Part shown: piece by piece, positions 56,185 through 64,000 of the stretch
How positions within the stretch are numbered: position 1 is the first letter of the stretch
Layout of the letters: every line of letters starts with the position of its first letter
Origin: Obrimoposthia wandeli
Lineage: Eukaryota
Assembly (NCBI GenBank): GCA_977020255.1
Contig: CDROCS010003739.1
Coordinates: 62,001-126,000, forward strand
Length of the DNA: 64,000 bases
Direction: 5' to 3'
Notes under the pieces: generated by a model
What the model was told of the DNA's origin: nothing
What the model saw: the letters and a program-made list of their open reading frames with translations, nothing else
Database searches by the model: none
Translations under genes and position numbers: made by a program

Positions 56185-56751
56185 TTATTCTTCATTTATA
56201 CGTTTTTTTATACGGCTTAAGCTTATCGGGCTAATGCCAAGGTAAGACGCCAATTGATAATCTGTTATTCGCTCTAATAAAGCAGGAAAATTTTCGCTAA
56301 AGAGTTTGAAACGCTCTTCAGGTGTATGCATTAACATAAAACGCTCTTTCTGTTCTTTATAGATTAACTGGCGTTCAATAAGCTTGATGTAAAGAGGGTT
56401 ACCTTGTTCTCGCCAATCCTGTAATAATTGGATCGGTAAAGAAAGCAACTGGCAGGCAGACAATGTTTCTAATAAAAAAGGTGACGCTTGCTGGGTTATA
56501 AGGCTTTCAAAACCTAATAAAACGTCTTGATCCCAATAAAACTCTTTACTGAACTGATTGCCGTCTTCTGTTAAATAACATGCATGACAAATGCCATCGA
56601 GTAAAAAGAAGCAATGTTCTGAATACTCACCTTGATTGAGTAATATATGGCGAGTGGGAAGTTCTAATAACTTCGCTTGTTCTGTTATGTGGTGCGCTTG
56701 TTCGCTGGTGGCACCTAGCTGCTGTAAAAACTGGTCCAGTGCTTCTTTCAT
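56185..56751 (-). CDS. Crp/Fnr-family cNMP-binding HTH protein
   Basis: cNMP-binding beta-roll (LLNQGE...F.L.G) and terminal HTH LASYLGISPISLSRI. Confidence 0.85.
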   Translation of the reverse strand: MKEALDQFLQQLGATSEQAHHITEQAKLLELPTRHILLNQGEYSEHCFFLLDGICHACYLTEDGNQFSKEFYWDQDVLLGFESLITQQASPFLLETLSACQLLSLPIQLLQDWREQGNPLYIKLIERQLIYKEQKERFMLMHTPEERFKLFSENFPALLERITDYQLASYLGISPISLSRIKKRINEE

Positions 56752-56788
56752 AATAATATCGATTCATTTGCGTTTTAAACATCATAGC

Positions 56789-56818
56789 AAAAAAATACCG
56801 CAGCCTAAGCCGCGGTAT
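56789..56818 (-). terminator. Terminator after cpdB
   Basis: Minus strand ataccgcggc-ttag-gctgcggtat plus T run. Confidence 0.75.
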
Positions 56819-56850
56819 GTCTATGTCTTCATTTTATGATAAATGAACGC

Positions 56851-58815
56851 TTATTTAGCTTGAAGATCTAACTGGTAAACCGCAAAGCCCACTTTGTCTG
56901 TACCCACTTTTTTCATTGGATATTGACCTTTTTCTTTGATAAATGCAGCAGCTTTTTCACTTGGTGACGTTTCAAAAGTGATGTTTAATTTTTTATCACT
57001 CTTCAGTGGTGTGAAGTACCAGTTATTATCAGCACTTGGTACAACCTGACCTTCTTCTTTGCTTACGCGGCTGATGTAATCGGCAACAACAGTGCGGTTT
57101 TCATCGGGTGCAGAGAAAGCAACGAAGTCTTCACCGGTACCTGCAAATTTACCACTGTAAGCACGGTAGTTATTCGTCGCAATAATAAACGGTTGCTTAG
57201 GATTAACAGGCTTACTATTGAAGGTTAAACCAGTAATACGCTCTGCATCTGCATTGATTAACTTACAGTCACCGTCATAACGTGCTGGTTGCGATAAATC
57301 GATTCCGTACTCAACCCCGTCCATTACATCGAAGTTATAAGTACGGAAGCCATCCCAATTAATCAGGCCTTGTTGAGCTGAGCTGGTCAGATCAATTTGA
57401 TTGAATTGTCCTGCTGAACACTCCAGCCATTCCTTCACTTCTTTCCCCGTTACTTTCATAGCAACAAGGGTATTAGGGTATAAGTAAAGATCAGCGGCAT
57501 TGCGGAATGTTAGCTGGCCTGACTCAACTTCAGAAAAGTTTGTAGGATCATTTCCTCGACCGCCCGCCTTAAATGGTGCAGCGGCAGAAAGTACTGGTGT
57601 ACCATCTAAATCAGGGTCACCTTGAATAAAGCGTTCAACGTAATCTTTTTGTGCCAAGTTGACGATTTGTACGGTTGGATCATCTTGTACTAATGCAAGG
57701 AAGCTATACATCACATCACTTGCTTTACCAATCGGTTGGTTTACAAATGTACGTGTAGCGTCATGATCTTCGCTGATAGCTTTTACTAGTTCTGCATCGG
57801 CCTCAACGATTGGTTTACCTTCAAATTTATCAAAGATTGGACGAGCTTCTGTTTGCGCGTTAGTAACAGCCCAAGAATCGCCTTCTTTATTAAGTGTTAG
57901 ATCCATAACACCAAGGTGATCACCCCAACGACCCGGCATAACCGCTGCTACACCATTGATAGTTCCTTTCTCAATGTCGGCATTGGGAACATTGGCAAAT
58001 TCTTTGCCTGGGAATACACCGTGTGAGTGACCAAATGCGATTGCATCGATGCCTTTTACTTCTGTGAGGTAATAAACAGAATTTTCAGCCATCACTTTAT
58101 ACGGGTCGGTTGATATACCAGAGTGTGGAATAGCGACAATAACATCAGCTCCTTCTGCTTTCATTTGTGGAACAAATTTTTCTGCAGTTTGCTTGATGTC
58201 TAACGCTTCAACTTTACCTTCTAGGTTTTTCTTATCCCAGATAAGGATTTGAGGCGGAACAAAACCGATATAACCCACTTTGATTTCGTGCTCTACACCA
58301 TCGGTATCTTTAAACATGTAAGGTTTAATAATATATGGTGTGAACATGTTTTTACCTGTTTTTAGGTCAATCACGTTCGAGTTGATGTAAGGGAAGTTAG
58401 CCCCTTTAATAGATGTTTTTAGGAAGTCTAAACCGTAGTTGAATTCGTGGTTACCCAAGTTACCTACTTCATAGCCAAGCTGATTCATCACCTTATACAC
58501 AGGGTGAACTTCGCCTGCTTTAATTCCTTTTGCTGCCATGTAGTCACCCATTGGGCTACCTTGCAGTAAATCACCGTTATCTACCAATACGGTGTTAGTT
58601 GCTTCTGCTTGTGCTTCTTTTACTAACGTTGCGGTACGAACAAGCCCCGTTTTTTTTGTCGGTGCGTCTTTGTAGTAGTCGTAATCCATTATATTTGTAT
58701 GGATGTCTGTTGTTTCTAGAATTCGCAACTTAATGGTTTCAGCAGTAGCAGGGCCAGCCATCATTAGTAGACCACCCAATATGGCTAATGACAGTGGCTT
58801 GGCAGATAATTTCAT
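56851..58815 (-). CDS. cpdB: 2',3'-cyclic-nucleotide 2'-phosphodiesterase/3'-nucleotidase
   Basis: Signal peptide, [25 protein letters not shown] metallophosphoesterase motifs; ATG 58815 with GGAG RBS. Confidence 0.95.
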   Translation of the reverse strand: MKLSAKPLSLAILGGLLMMAGPATAETIKLRILETTDIHTNIMDYDYYKDAPTKKTGLVRTATLVKEAQAEATNTVLVDNGDLLQGSPMGDYMAAKGIKAGEVHPVYKVMNQLGYEVGNLGNHEFNYGLDFLKTSIKGANFPYINSNVIDLKTGKNMFTPYIIKPYMFKDTDGVEHEIKVGYIGFVPPQILIWDKKNLEGKVEALDIKQTAEKFVPQMKAEGADVIVAIPHSGISTDPYKVMAENSVYYLTEVKGIDAIAFGHSHGVFPGKEFANVPNADIEKGTINGVAAVMPGRWGDHLGVMDLTLNKEGDSWAVTNAQTEARPIFDKFEGKPIVEADAELVKAISEDHDATRTFVNQPIGKASDVMYSFLALVQDDPTVQIVNLAQKDYVERFIQGDPDLDGTPVLSAAAPFKAGGRGNDPTNFSEVESGQLTFRNAADLYLYPNTLVAMKVTGKEVKEWLECSAGQFNQIDLTSSAQQGLINWDGFRTYNFDVMDGVEYGIDLSQPARYDGDCKLINADAERITGLTFNSKPVNPKQPFIIATNNYRAYSGKFAGTGEDFVAFSAPDENRTVVADYISRVSKEEGQVVPSADNNWYFTPLKSDKKLNITFETSPSEKAAAFIKEKGQYPMKKVGTDKVGFAVYQLDLQAK

Positions 58816-58899
58816 GTATTTCTCCAGAAGATTAGGCATGGGAAAGCATGCTTAAAGTATCAAATATAGTGTGGAAGTAATTCTTGTCTCTCATGATAT

Positions 58900-58915
58900 T
58901 GTGCTTCGCATCTCA
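58900..58915. promoter_or_regulatory. Candidate CRP site upstream of cpdB
   Basis: TGTGC-N6-TCTCA (8/10); cpdB is CRP-activated in enterobacteria. Confidence 0.4.
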
Positions 58916-59225
58916 TTATTTTGAAACGTAGAGCATATTCAATTTGTTACCGATGGGGATTTAAACGATTTCCATTTATTTTACTAAGATAAAAAAGGCA
59001 TAAGTTAAGTCCAACGGATCTAGTTTATTTTAGTACTATTACTAAATTGTTCTGGATAAGGACTCTTTTTAGTTAAATTCTACTTTTATTATTCAATTTT
59101 CATCGTTGATGTCTTTTCCGTCTCCCGACCAAACTTTTTGGAATAAAAGATTAGATTTTAGAATTACAAGTAATATCACCCTACAGCTATAGTGCAGTTA
59201 AGTTAATAAATGTAGGGCACTGGAA

Positions 59226-60650
59226 ATGGATTACTTGCCAATTTTTGCGGATCTGAAGCGTAGACCTTGCCTAGTGGTGGGGGGGGGTGATGTGGCATGG
59301 CGTAAAGCTCGCATGCTATTAAAAGCCGGAGCGGATGTTCGTGTTATTGCACCAGTGTTGAATCAAGCATTTCAACAAGCCATTGAGCAACAGCAAGTCA
59401 GCCATGTAGCTGATGAATTTGAACCTTTACACCTTGATGGTATTTTTCTTGCGATAGCGGCGACTGACCGTAAAGCCGTTAATGCACTTGTGTATCAATC
59501 GGCGAATCAGCGTCAAGTATTAGTCAACGTGGTGGATGATACACCGCGTTGTAGTTTCATTATTCCTTCTATTATCGATCGCTCTCCTATTCTTGTTGCG
59601 GTTTCCTCATCAGGCAAAGCCCCTGTTCTTGCGCGTTTAATCCGTGAAAAGCTCGAAGCGTTATTACCGCAGCATTTAGGCCGCATGGCGACTCTAGCGG
59701 GTAATTTTCGTGCTCGCTTAGCGAAAACAGTCACCTCATTTTCTGCTCGTCGTCAATTTTGGGAACAAGTTTTTGATGGTCGGTTTGCAGAGCTTGTGGC
59801 TTCTGGTCAAGAGCAAGATGCCAAGCAAGAGTTAATTAACCTGACACAATCTACGTCACCTCTATCTATTCCACCTCAAGGTCAAGTTGCGCTTATTGGT
59901 TCAGGTCCTGGCGACGCAGGGTTATTGACCTTGCGTGCATTGCAGTTAATGCAACAAGCCGATGTGGTTTTATATGACTACCTCGTTTCTGATGAGGTGA
60001 TGGATTTAGTTCGCCGAGATGCCGAGTTAGTCTGTGTCGGAAAAAAAGCAGGCTTCCACAGTGTGCCTCAAGAAGAGACCAACCAGCTTATCGTTAACTA
60101 TGCGCAGCAAGGAAAACGTGTTGTGCGTTTGAAAGGTGGTGATCCTTTTGTCTTTGGTCGAGGCGCTGAAGAGCTTGAGGTGTTATTTGATGCTAACATT
60201 CCTTTTCAAGTTGTGCCTGGTATAACGGCAGCGGCTGGGGCGACAGCTTATGCTGGTATTCCGTTAACTCACCGTGATTATGCCCAAACTGCGATGTTTG
60301 TTACTGGCCACTTAAAAGCTGAAAGCGATCAGATGGATTGGTCAACATTAGCGCGCGGTAAGCAAACTCTCGTTATTTATATGGGCTTGATGAAATCGGG
60401 TCATATTCAGCAACAGCTTCTTACTCATGGTCGTTCTGGTGATACGCCGATAGCGATTATTGAGAGAGGTACGCAGAAAAACCAGAAAGTTATCAAAGGT
60501 CAGTTGAGCGAACTTGAGCAACTGGCGAAAAACGCTGAGTCACCGTCACTAATTGTTATCGGTGAGGTGGTTAATTTATCAGAAAAGTTACATTGGTTCG
60601 GAAAACAGGAGCAGTCTTTACAACAGTCTGCTGTTGTAAAGCTGGCATAA
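59226..60650 (+). CDS. cysG: Siroheme synthase (multifunctional)
   Basis: VVGGGDVA dehydrogenase/ferrochelatase domain plus [19 protein letters not shown] methyltransferase domain. Confidence 0.96.
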   Translation: MDYLPIFADLKRRPCLVVGGGDVAWRKARMLLKAGADVRVIAPVLNQAFQQAIEQQQVSHVADEFEPLHLDGIFLAIAATDRKAVNALVYQSANQRQVLVNVVDDTPRCSFIIPSIIDRSPILVAVSSSGKAPVLARLIREKLEALLPQHLGRMATLAGNFRARLAKTVTSFSARRQFWEQVFDGRFAELVASGQEQDAKQELINLTQSTSPLSIPPQGQVALIGSGPGDAGLLTLRALQLMQQADVVLYDYLVSDEVMDLVRRDAELVCVGKKAGFHSVPQEETNQLIVNYAQQGKRVVRLKGGDPFVFGRGAEELEVLFDANIPFQVVPGITAAAGATAYAGIPLTHRDYAQTAMFVTGHLKAESDQMDWSTLARGKQTLVIYMGLMKSGHIQQQLLTHGRSGDTPIAIIERGTQKNQKVIKGQLSELEQLAKNAESPSLIVIGEVVNLSEKLHWFGKQEQSLQQSAVVKLA

Positions 60651-60663
60651 CATGGAGAGAGTC

Positions 60664-61572
60664 ATGGACCCAAAACGATTAACTCACCTCAAGCAACTTG
60701 AAGCGGAAAGTATACATATTCTTCGTGAAGTGGCTGCTGAGTTTGATAACCCTGTGATGATGTATTCCATCGGGAAAGATTCATCAGTCATGTTGCACTT
60801 AGCTCGGAAGGCATTTTATCCAGGGAAAATCCCATTTCCTCTTTTACATGTTGATACCGATTGGAAATTTCGCGAGATGATTGAGTTTCGTGATCGTACC
60901 GCAGAAAAATACGGTTTTGAGCTTCTGGTACATAAGAACCCTGAAGGTATGGCGATGGGGATTAGCCCGTTTGAGCATGGCTCTTCAAAACATACCGATG
61001 TAATGAAAACCCAAGGCTTGAAACAGGCGTTGAATAAATACGGTTTTGATGCGGCATTTGGTGGCGCGCGCCGTGATGAAGAAAAGTCACGAGCCAAAGA
61101 ACGCATCTATTCATTCCGCGATAAAAATCATACTTGGGATCCAAAAAATCAACGTCCTGAGTTATGGAAAACCTATAACGGTCAAATTAATAAAGGTGAA
61201 AGCATTCGTGTCTTCCCGCTATCAAATTGGACTGAACTGGATATTTGGCAATACATCTATCTAGAAAGTATCGAGATCGTCCCGCTTTATTTGTCGAATA
61301 TACGACCTGTTGTTGAGCGTGATGGTATGTTGATCATGGCTGATGATGACCGATTAAAATTGCAACCGGGTGAGAAGATTGAACACAAGAGCGTCCGTTT
61401 TCGAACGTTAGGGTGTTATCCGCTAACTGGTGCGATTGAATCGAAAGCCGATACATTGCCCGGCATTATTGAAGAAATGCTGGTGGCTACCTCAAGTGAA
61501 CGTCAAGGTCGAGCGATTGATCACGATCAGTCTGGTTCGATGGAATTGAAAAAGCGTCAAGGTTACTTCTAA
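60664..61572 (+). CDS. cysD: Sulfate adenylyltransferase subunit 2
   Basis: [30 protein letters not shown]; GGAG RBS favours ATG 60664. Confidence 0.96.
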   Translation: MDPKRLTHLKQLEAESIHILREVAAEFDNPVMMYSIGKDSSVMLHLARKAFYPGKIPFPLLHVDTDWKFREMIEFRDRTAEKYGFELLVHKNPEGMAMGISPFEHGSSKHTDVMKTQGLKQALNKYGFDAAFGGARRDEEKSRAKERIYSFRDKNHTWDPKNQRPELWKTYNGQINKGESIRVFPLSNWTELDIWQYIYLESIEIVPLYLSNIRPVVERDGMLIMADDDRLKLQPGEKIEHKSVRFRTLGCYPLTGAIESKADTLPGIIEEMLVATSSERQGRAIDHDQSGSMELKKRQGYF

Positions 61573-61582
61573 GGAAAGATGT

Positions 61583-63013
61583 ATGAACAGTCTTATTGAA
61601 CAACAAGTGGCAGAGATAGGCATCGAAGCTTATCTAGACCAACACCATCATAAATCACTGCTTCGATTCTTAACGTGTGGTTCCGTCGACGACGGCAAAA
61701 GTAGCTTGATTGGTCGTTTGCTCCATGATTCTCATCAGATTTATGAAGATCAGTTAGCTGCTATTCATACCGATAGTCAAAAGGTAGGGACCACGGGTGA
61801 TAAACCCGATCTCGCATTATTGGTTGATGGGCTGCAAGCTGAGCGTGAACAGGGAATTACCATTGATGTTGCATATCGTTATTTTTCGACGAAAAAACGT
61901 AAGTTCATCATTGCAGATACCCCTGGGCACGAACAGTACACGCGAAATATGGCAACGGGTGCGTCAACCTGTGATGTCGCTGTTATTTTGATTGATGCTC
62001 GTAAAGGTGTATTGGATCAAACTCGTCGTCACTCGTATATCGCAAGCCTTTTAGGGATTCGCCATTTTATCGTGGCTGTTAATAAGATGGATCTTGTGGA
62101 GTTTGACGAAGAATGCTTTACATCCATTCGCGATGAATATTTAGAATTTGCTGAAAAACTAAATAAACATATTGATATTAAGTTAATACCACTTTCAGCT
62201 TTAGATGGCGACAACGTGGTAAGTCTTAGTGAGAAAACGCCATGGTACGAAGGTGACTCATTACTAACGTTACTTGAAGATGTTGATTTTGTTCAGGAGC
62301 AAGAATCCAGCAATTTTCGTTTTCCTGTGCAGTATGTTAATCGCCCCAACCTAGATTTCCGAGGTTTTGCAGGTACGATTGCGTCAGGCCTTGTGAAGGT
62401 CGGCGATAAAGTTAAAGCGTTACCGTCAGGGAAAATCTCGACGATTGATCGCATCGTGACATTTGATGGTGATCTACCTGAAGCATACTCAGGGCAAGCG
62501 ATAACATTAACACTTAAAGATGAAATCGATATTAGTCGTGGCGATACAATTGTTGCCGCTGATGATGATGTTCCATTAAGTAATAACTTGTTGGCTGACA
62601 TTGTCTGGATGGCAGAAGCACCATTAGAGGTTGGTCGTCAGTATGATATCAAGGTTGCCGGTAAGAAAACGGTTGGTTCAGTGCAAGGCATTCGCCACCA
62701 AGTCGATATCAATAACCTTGAGACTTTTACCACCGAGGCATTGCCACTAAACGGCATTGGGTTATGTGAGGTAGTATTAAATGAAGCCATTGCGGTAGAT
62801 GCTTACCAAAACAGTACTGATACTGGTGGATTCATTTTCATCGATCGTTTAACGAATGTGACGGTTGGCGCTGGTATGGTGCGTGAAGCGTTAATTGATA
62901 AAACCGTCGTACCTACTGGTGATTTCAGTGCATTTGAAATTGAATTTAATGCATTAGTTCGTAAGCACTTCCCTCATTGGAATGCAGACGACATTAGTAA
63001 GTTACTGGGGTAG
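61583..63013 (+). CDS. cysN: Sulfate adenylyltransferase subunit 1 (GTPase)
   Basis: [30 protein letters not shown]; no fused CysC domain. Confidence 0.96.
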   Translation: MNSLIEQQVAEIGIEAYLDQHHHKSLLRFLTCGSVDDGKSSLIGRLLHDSHQIYEDQLAAIHTDSQKVGTTGDKPDLALLVDGLQAEREQGITIDVAYRYFSTKKRKFIIADTPGHEQYTRNMATGASTCDVAVILIDARKGVLDQTRRHSYIASLLGIRHFIVAVNKMDLVEFDEECFTSIRDEYLEFAEKLNKHIDIKLIPLSALDGDNVVSLSEKTPWYEGDSLLTLLEDVDFVQEQESSNFRFPVQYVNRPNLDFRGFAGTIASGLVKVGDKVKALPSGKISTIDRIVTFDGDLPEAYSGQAITLTLKDEIDISRGDTIVAADDDVPLSNNLLADIVWMAEAPLEVGRQYDIKVAGKKTVGSVQGIRHQVDINNLETFTTEALPLNGIGLCEVVLNEAIAVDAYQNSTDTGGFIFIDRLTNVTVGAGMVREALIDKTVVPTGDFSAFEIEFNALVRKHFPHWNADDISKLLG

Positions 63014-63017
63014 CAGC

Positions 63018-64000
63018 ATGAACTGGGAGCAAGGTGTCGTTCTGGCCATGCTAATGGTGATAGTGACGTGTTTGATAACCACGAAAATTAAACCCGCATA
63101 TTTGTTTGCAGGTTCAGCTTTTATTGGATTTCAAACGGGAATGATTGATTTGCCAACATTGGCAGGCAATTTTACTAATTCTTCATTATTGACGTTAGTG
63201 TTGCTGGTTCTTGCTTCTATTGCTCTAGAAAAAACCCGTTTGATAAGCTGGGTTGGGCGACAAATTTCAGAGGGTGGACATTCACTGGTTGTTGCAAAAC
63301 TTGGCTTATCAACGGCGCTTCTTTCTTCTTTTACGAATAACACCGCTGTAGTGGTATCGTTGATTGGTGCTGTAAAGCGTAATCAAACCCACGCGCCGTC
63401 GAAGTTACTTATTCCACTGTCATACGCTGCGATATTAGGTGGCACACTGACCTTAATTGGTACTTCAACCAATTTAATCATAAATAGCTTTGTTGTAGAT
63501 GCCGGTTTACCGAGTCTTGGCTTTTTTGCCCCTACGATGATTGGCCTAGCTGTTTTGTTTGTAGGCTTAATTGTTCTGATTCCACTTAGCCATTTCCTTC
63601 CTAGTTATGATGATGGCGCGGATGACGAACTACCGTACTTTTTAGAAGCGAGAATCGAAGGTGGTTCTCCGCTAGTGGGTAAAACCGTATCAGAAAATGG
63701 ACTCCGAGCTTTACGCCGCCTTTTTTTAGCAGAGCTATTACGAGACGGACAAACTATTGCACCTGTATGTCCTGATACAAAACTTCAGGCGGGCGATACC
63801 TTACTATTTTGTGGTGATGTCGAAAGTGTTACCACCCTGCAAGAGATCAACGGATTACATTTGTTTGGTCAGCATCATCTTAATGGTCAATCAATGATGG
63901 AAGTGATTGTTAGCCACTCTGCAGGTATACGCGGTAAGACGCTTAAAGATGTCGAATTCAGAGACCGTTTTGATGCGGTTGTGGTAGCAATACGTCGGGG
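63018..64000 (+). CDS. SLC13-type permease with TrkA-C domains, 5' part (runs off the window; absent from the ORF track)
   Basis: Manual translation MNWEQGVVLAML...SSFTNNTAVV...PLSYAAILGGTLTLIGTSTNL...EARIEGGSPLVGKT; directly after cysN, so probably a sulfate transporter. Confidence 0.85.
   Translation, partial: MNWEQGVVLAMLMVIVTCLITTKIKPAYLFAGSAFIGFQTGMIDLPTLAGNFTNSSLLTLVLLVLASIALEKTRLISWVGRQISEGGHSLVVAKLGLSTALLSSFTNNTAVVVSLIGAVKRNQTHAPSKLLIPLSYAAILGGTLTLIGTSTNLIINSFVVDAGLPSLGFFAPTMIGLAVLFVGLIVLIPLSHFLPSYDDGADDELPYFLEARIEGGSPLVGKTVSENGLRALRRLFLAELLRDGQTIAPVCPDTKLQAGDTLLFCGDVESVTTLQEINGLHLFGQHHLNGQSMMEVIVSHSAGIRGKTLKDVEFRDRFDAVVVAIRR

Noticed and set aside
48880-59220. Shared CysB boxes upstream of cysJ and cysG
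   Set aside because: CysB control is expected, but I could not align a convincing common motif by eye.

Overview
This is a core-genome window from a Vibrionaceae chromosome I. It looks most like Photobacterium, which I infer from gene order and protein style rather than from a database hit. It is syntenic with the E. coli 94-95 min region. Gene order: frdCBA, epmA, alpha carbonic anhydrase, dCache chemoreceptor, DASS transporter, psd-rsgA/orn, tRNA array, queG, nnr-tsaE-amiB-mutL-miaA-hfq-hflXKC-yjeT, purA, motX, hmp/nsrR-rnr-rlmB, rpsF-priB-rpsR-rplI, dnaB-alr, pgi, cheX, zur, dusA-pspG, cysJIH, fklB/ytfB, cpdB, cysGDN and a truncated permease. I see no integrase, transposase, prophage or CRISPR array. 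The unusual content is non-coding. (1) A ~3 kb tandem array holds 12 initiator tRNA-fMet and 12 tRNA-Gly(GCC) genes in a ~254 bp unit, and disruptive lesions fall only in Gly copies (4 of 12). (2) Between the array and the 3' end of queG is a dense DnaA-box cluster (5 perfect, 4 one-mismatch boxes) at the position syntenic with E. coli datA. (3) A Fur-box-overlapped sigma70 promoter points into an ORF-less, hairpin-rich stretch between epmA and cah, which is a candidate iron-regulated sRNA. Several starts were moved downstream of the ORF-track starts on RBS and family N-terminus evidence. All motif and structure calls were made by eye.
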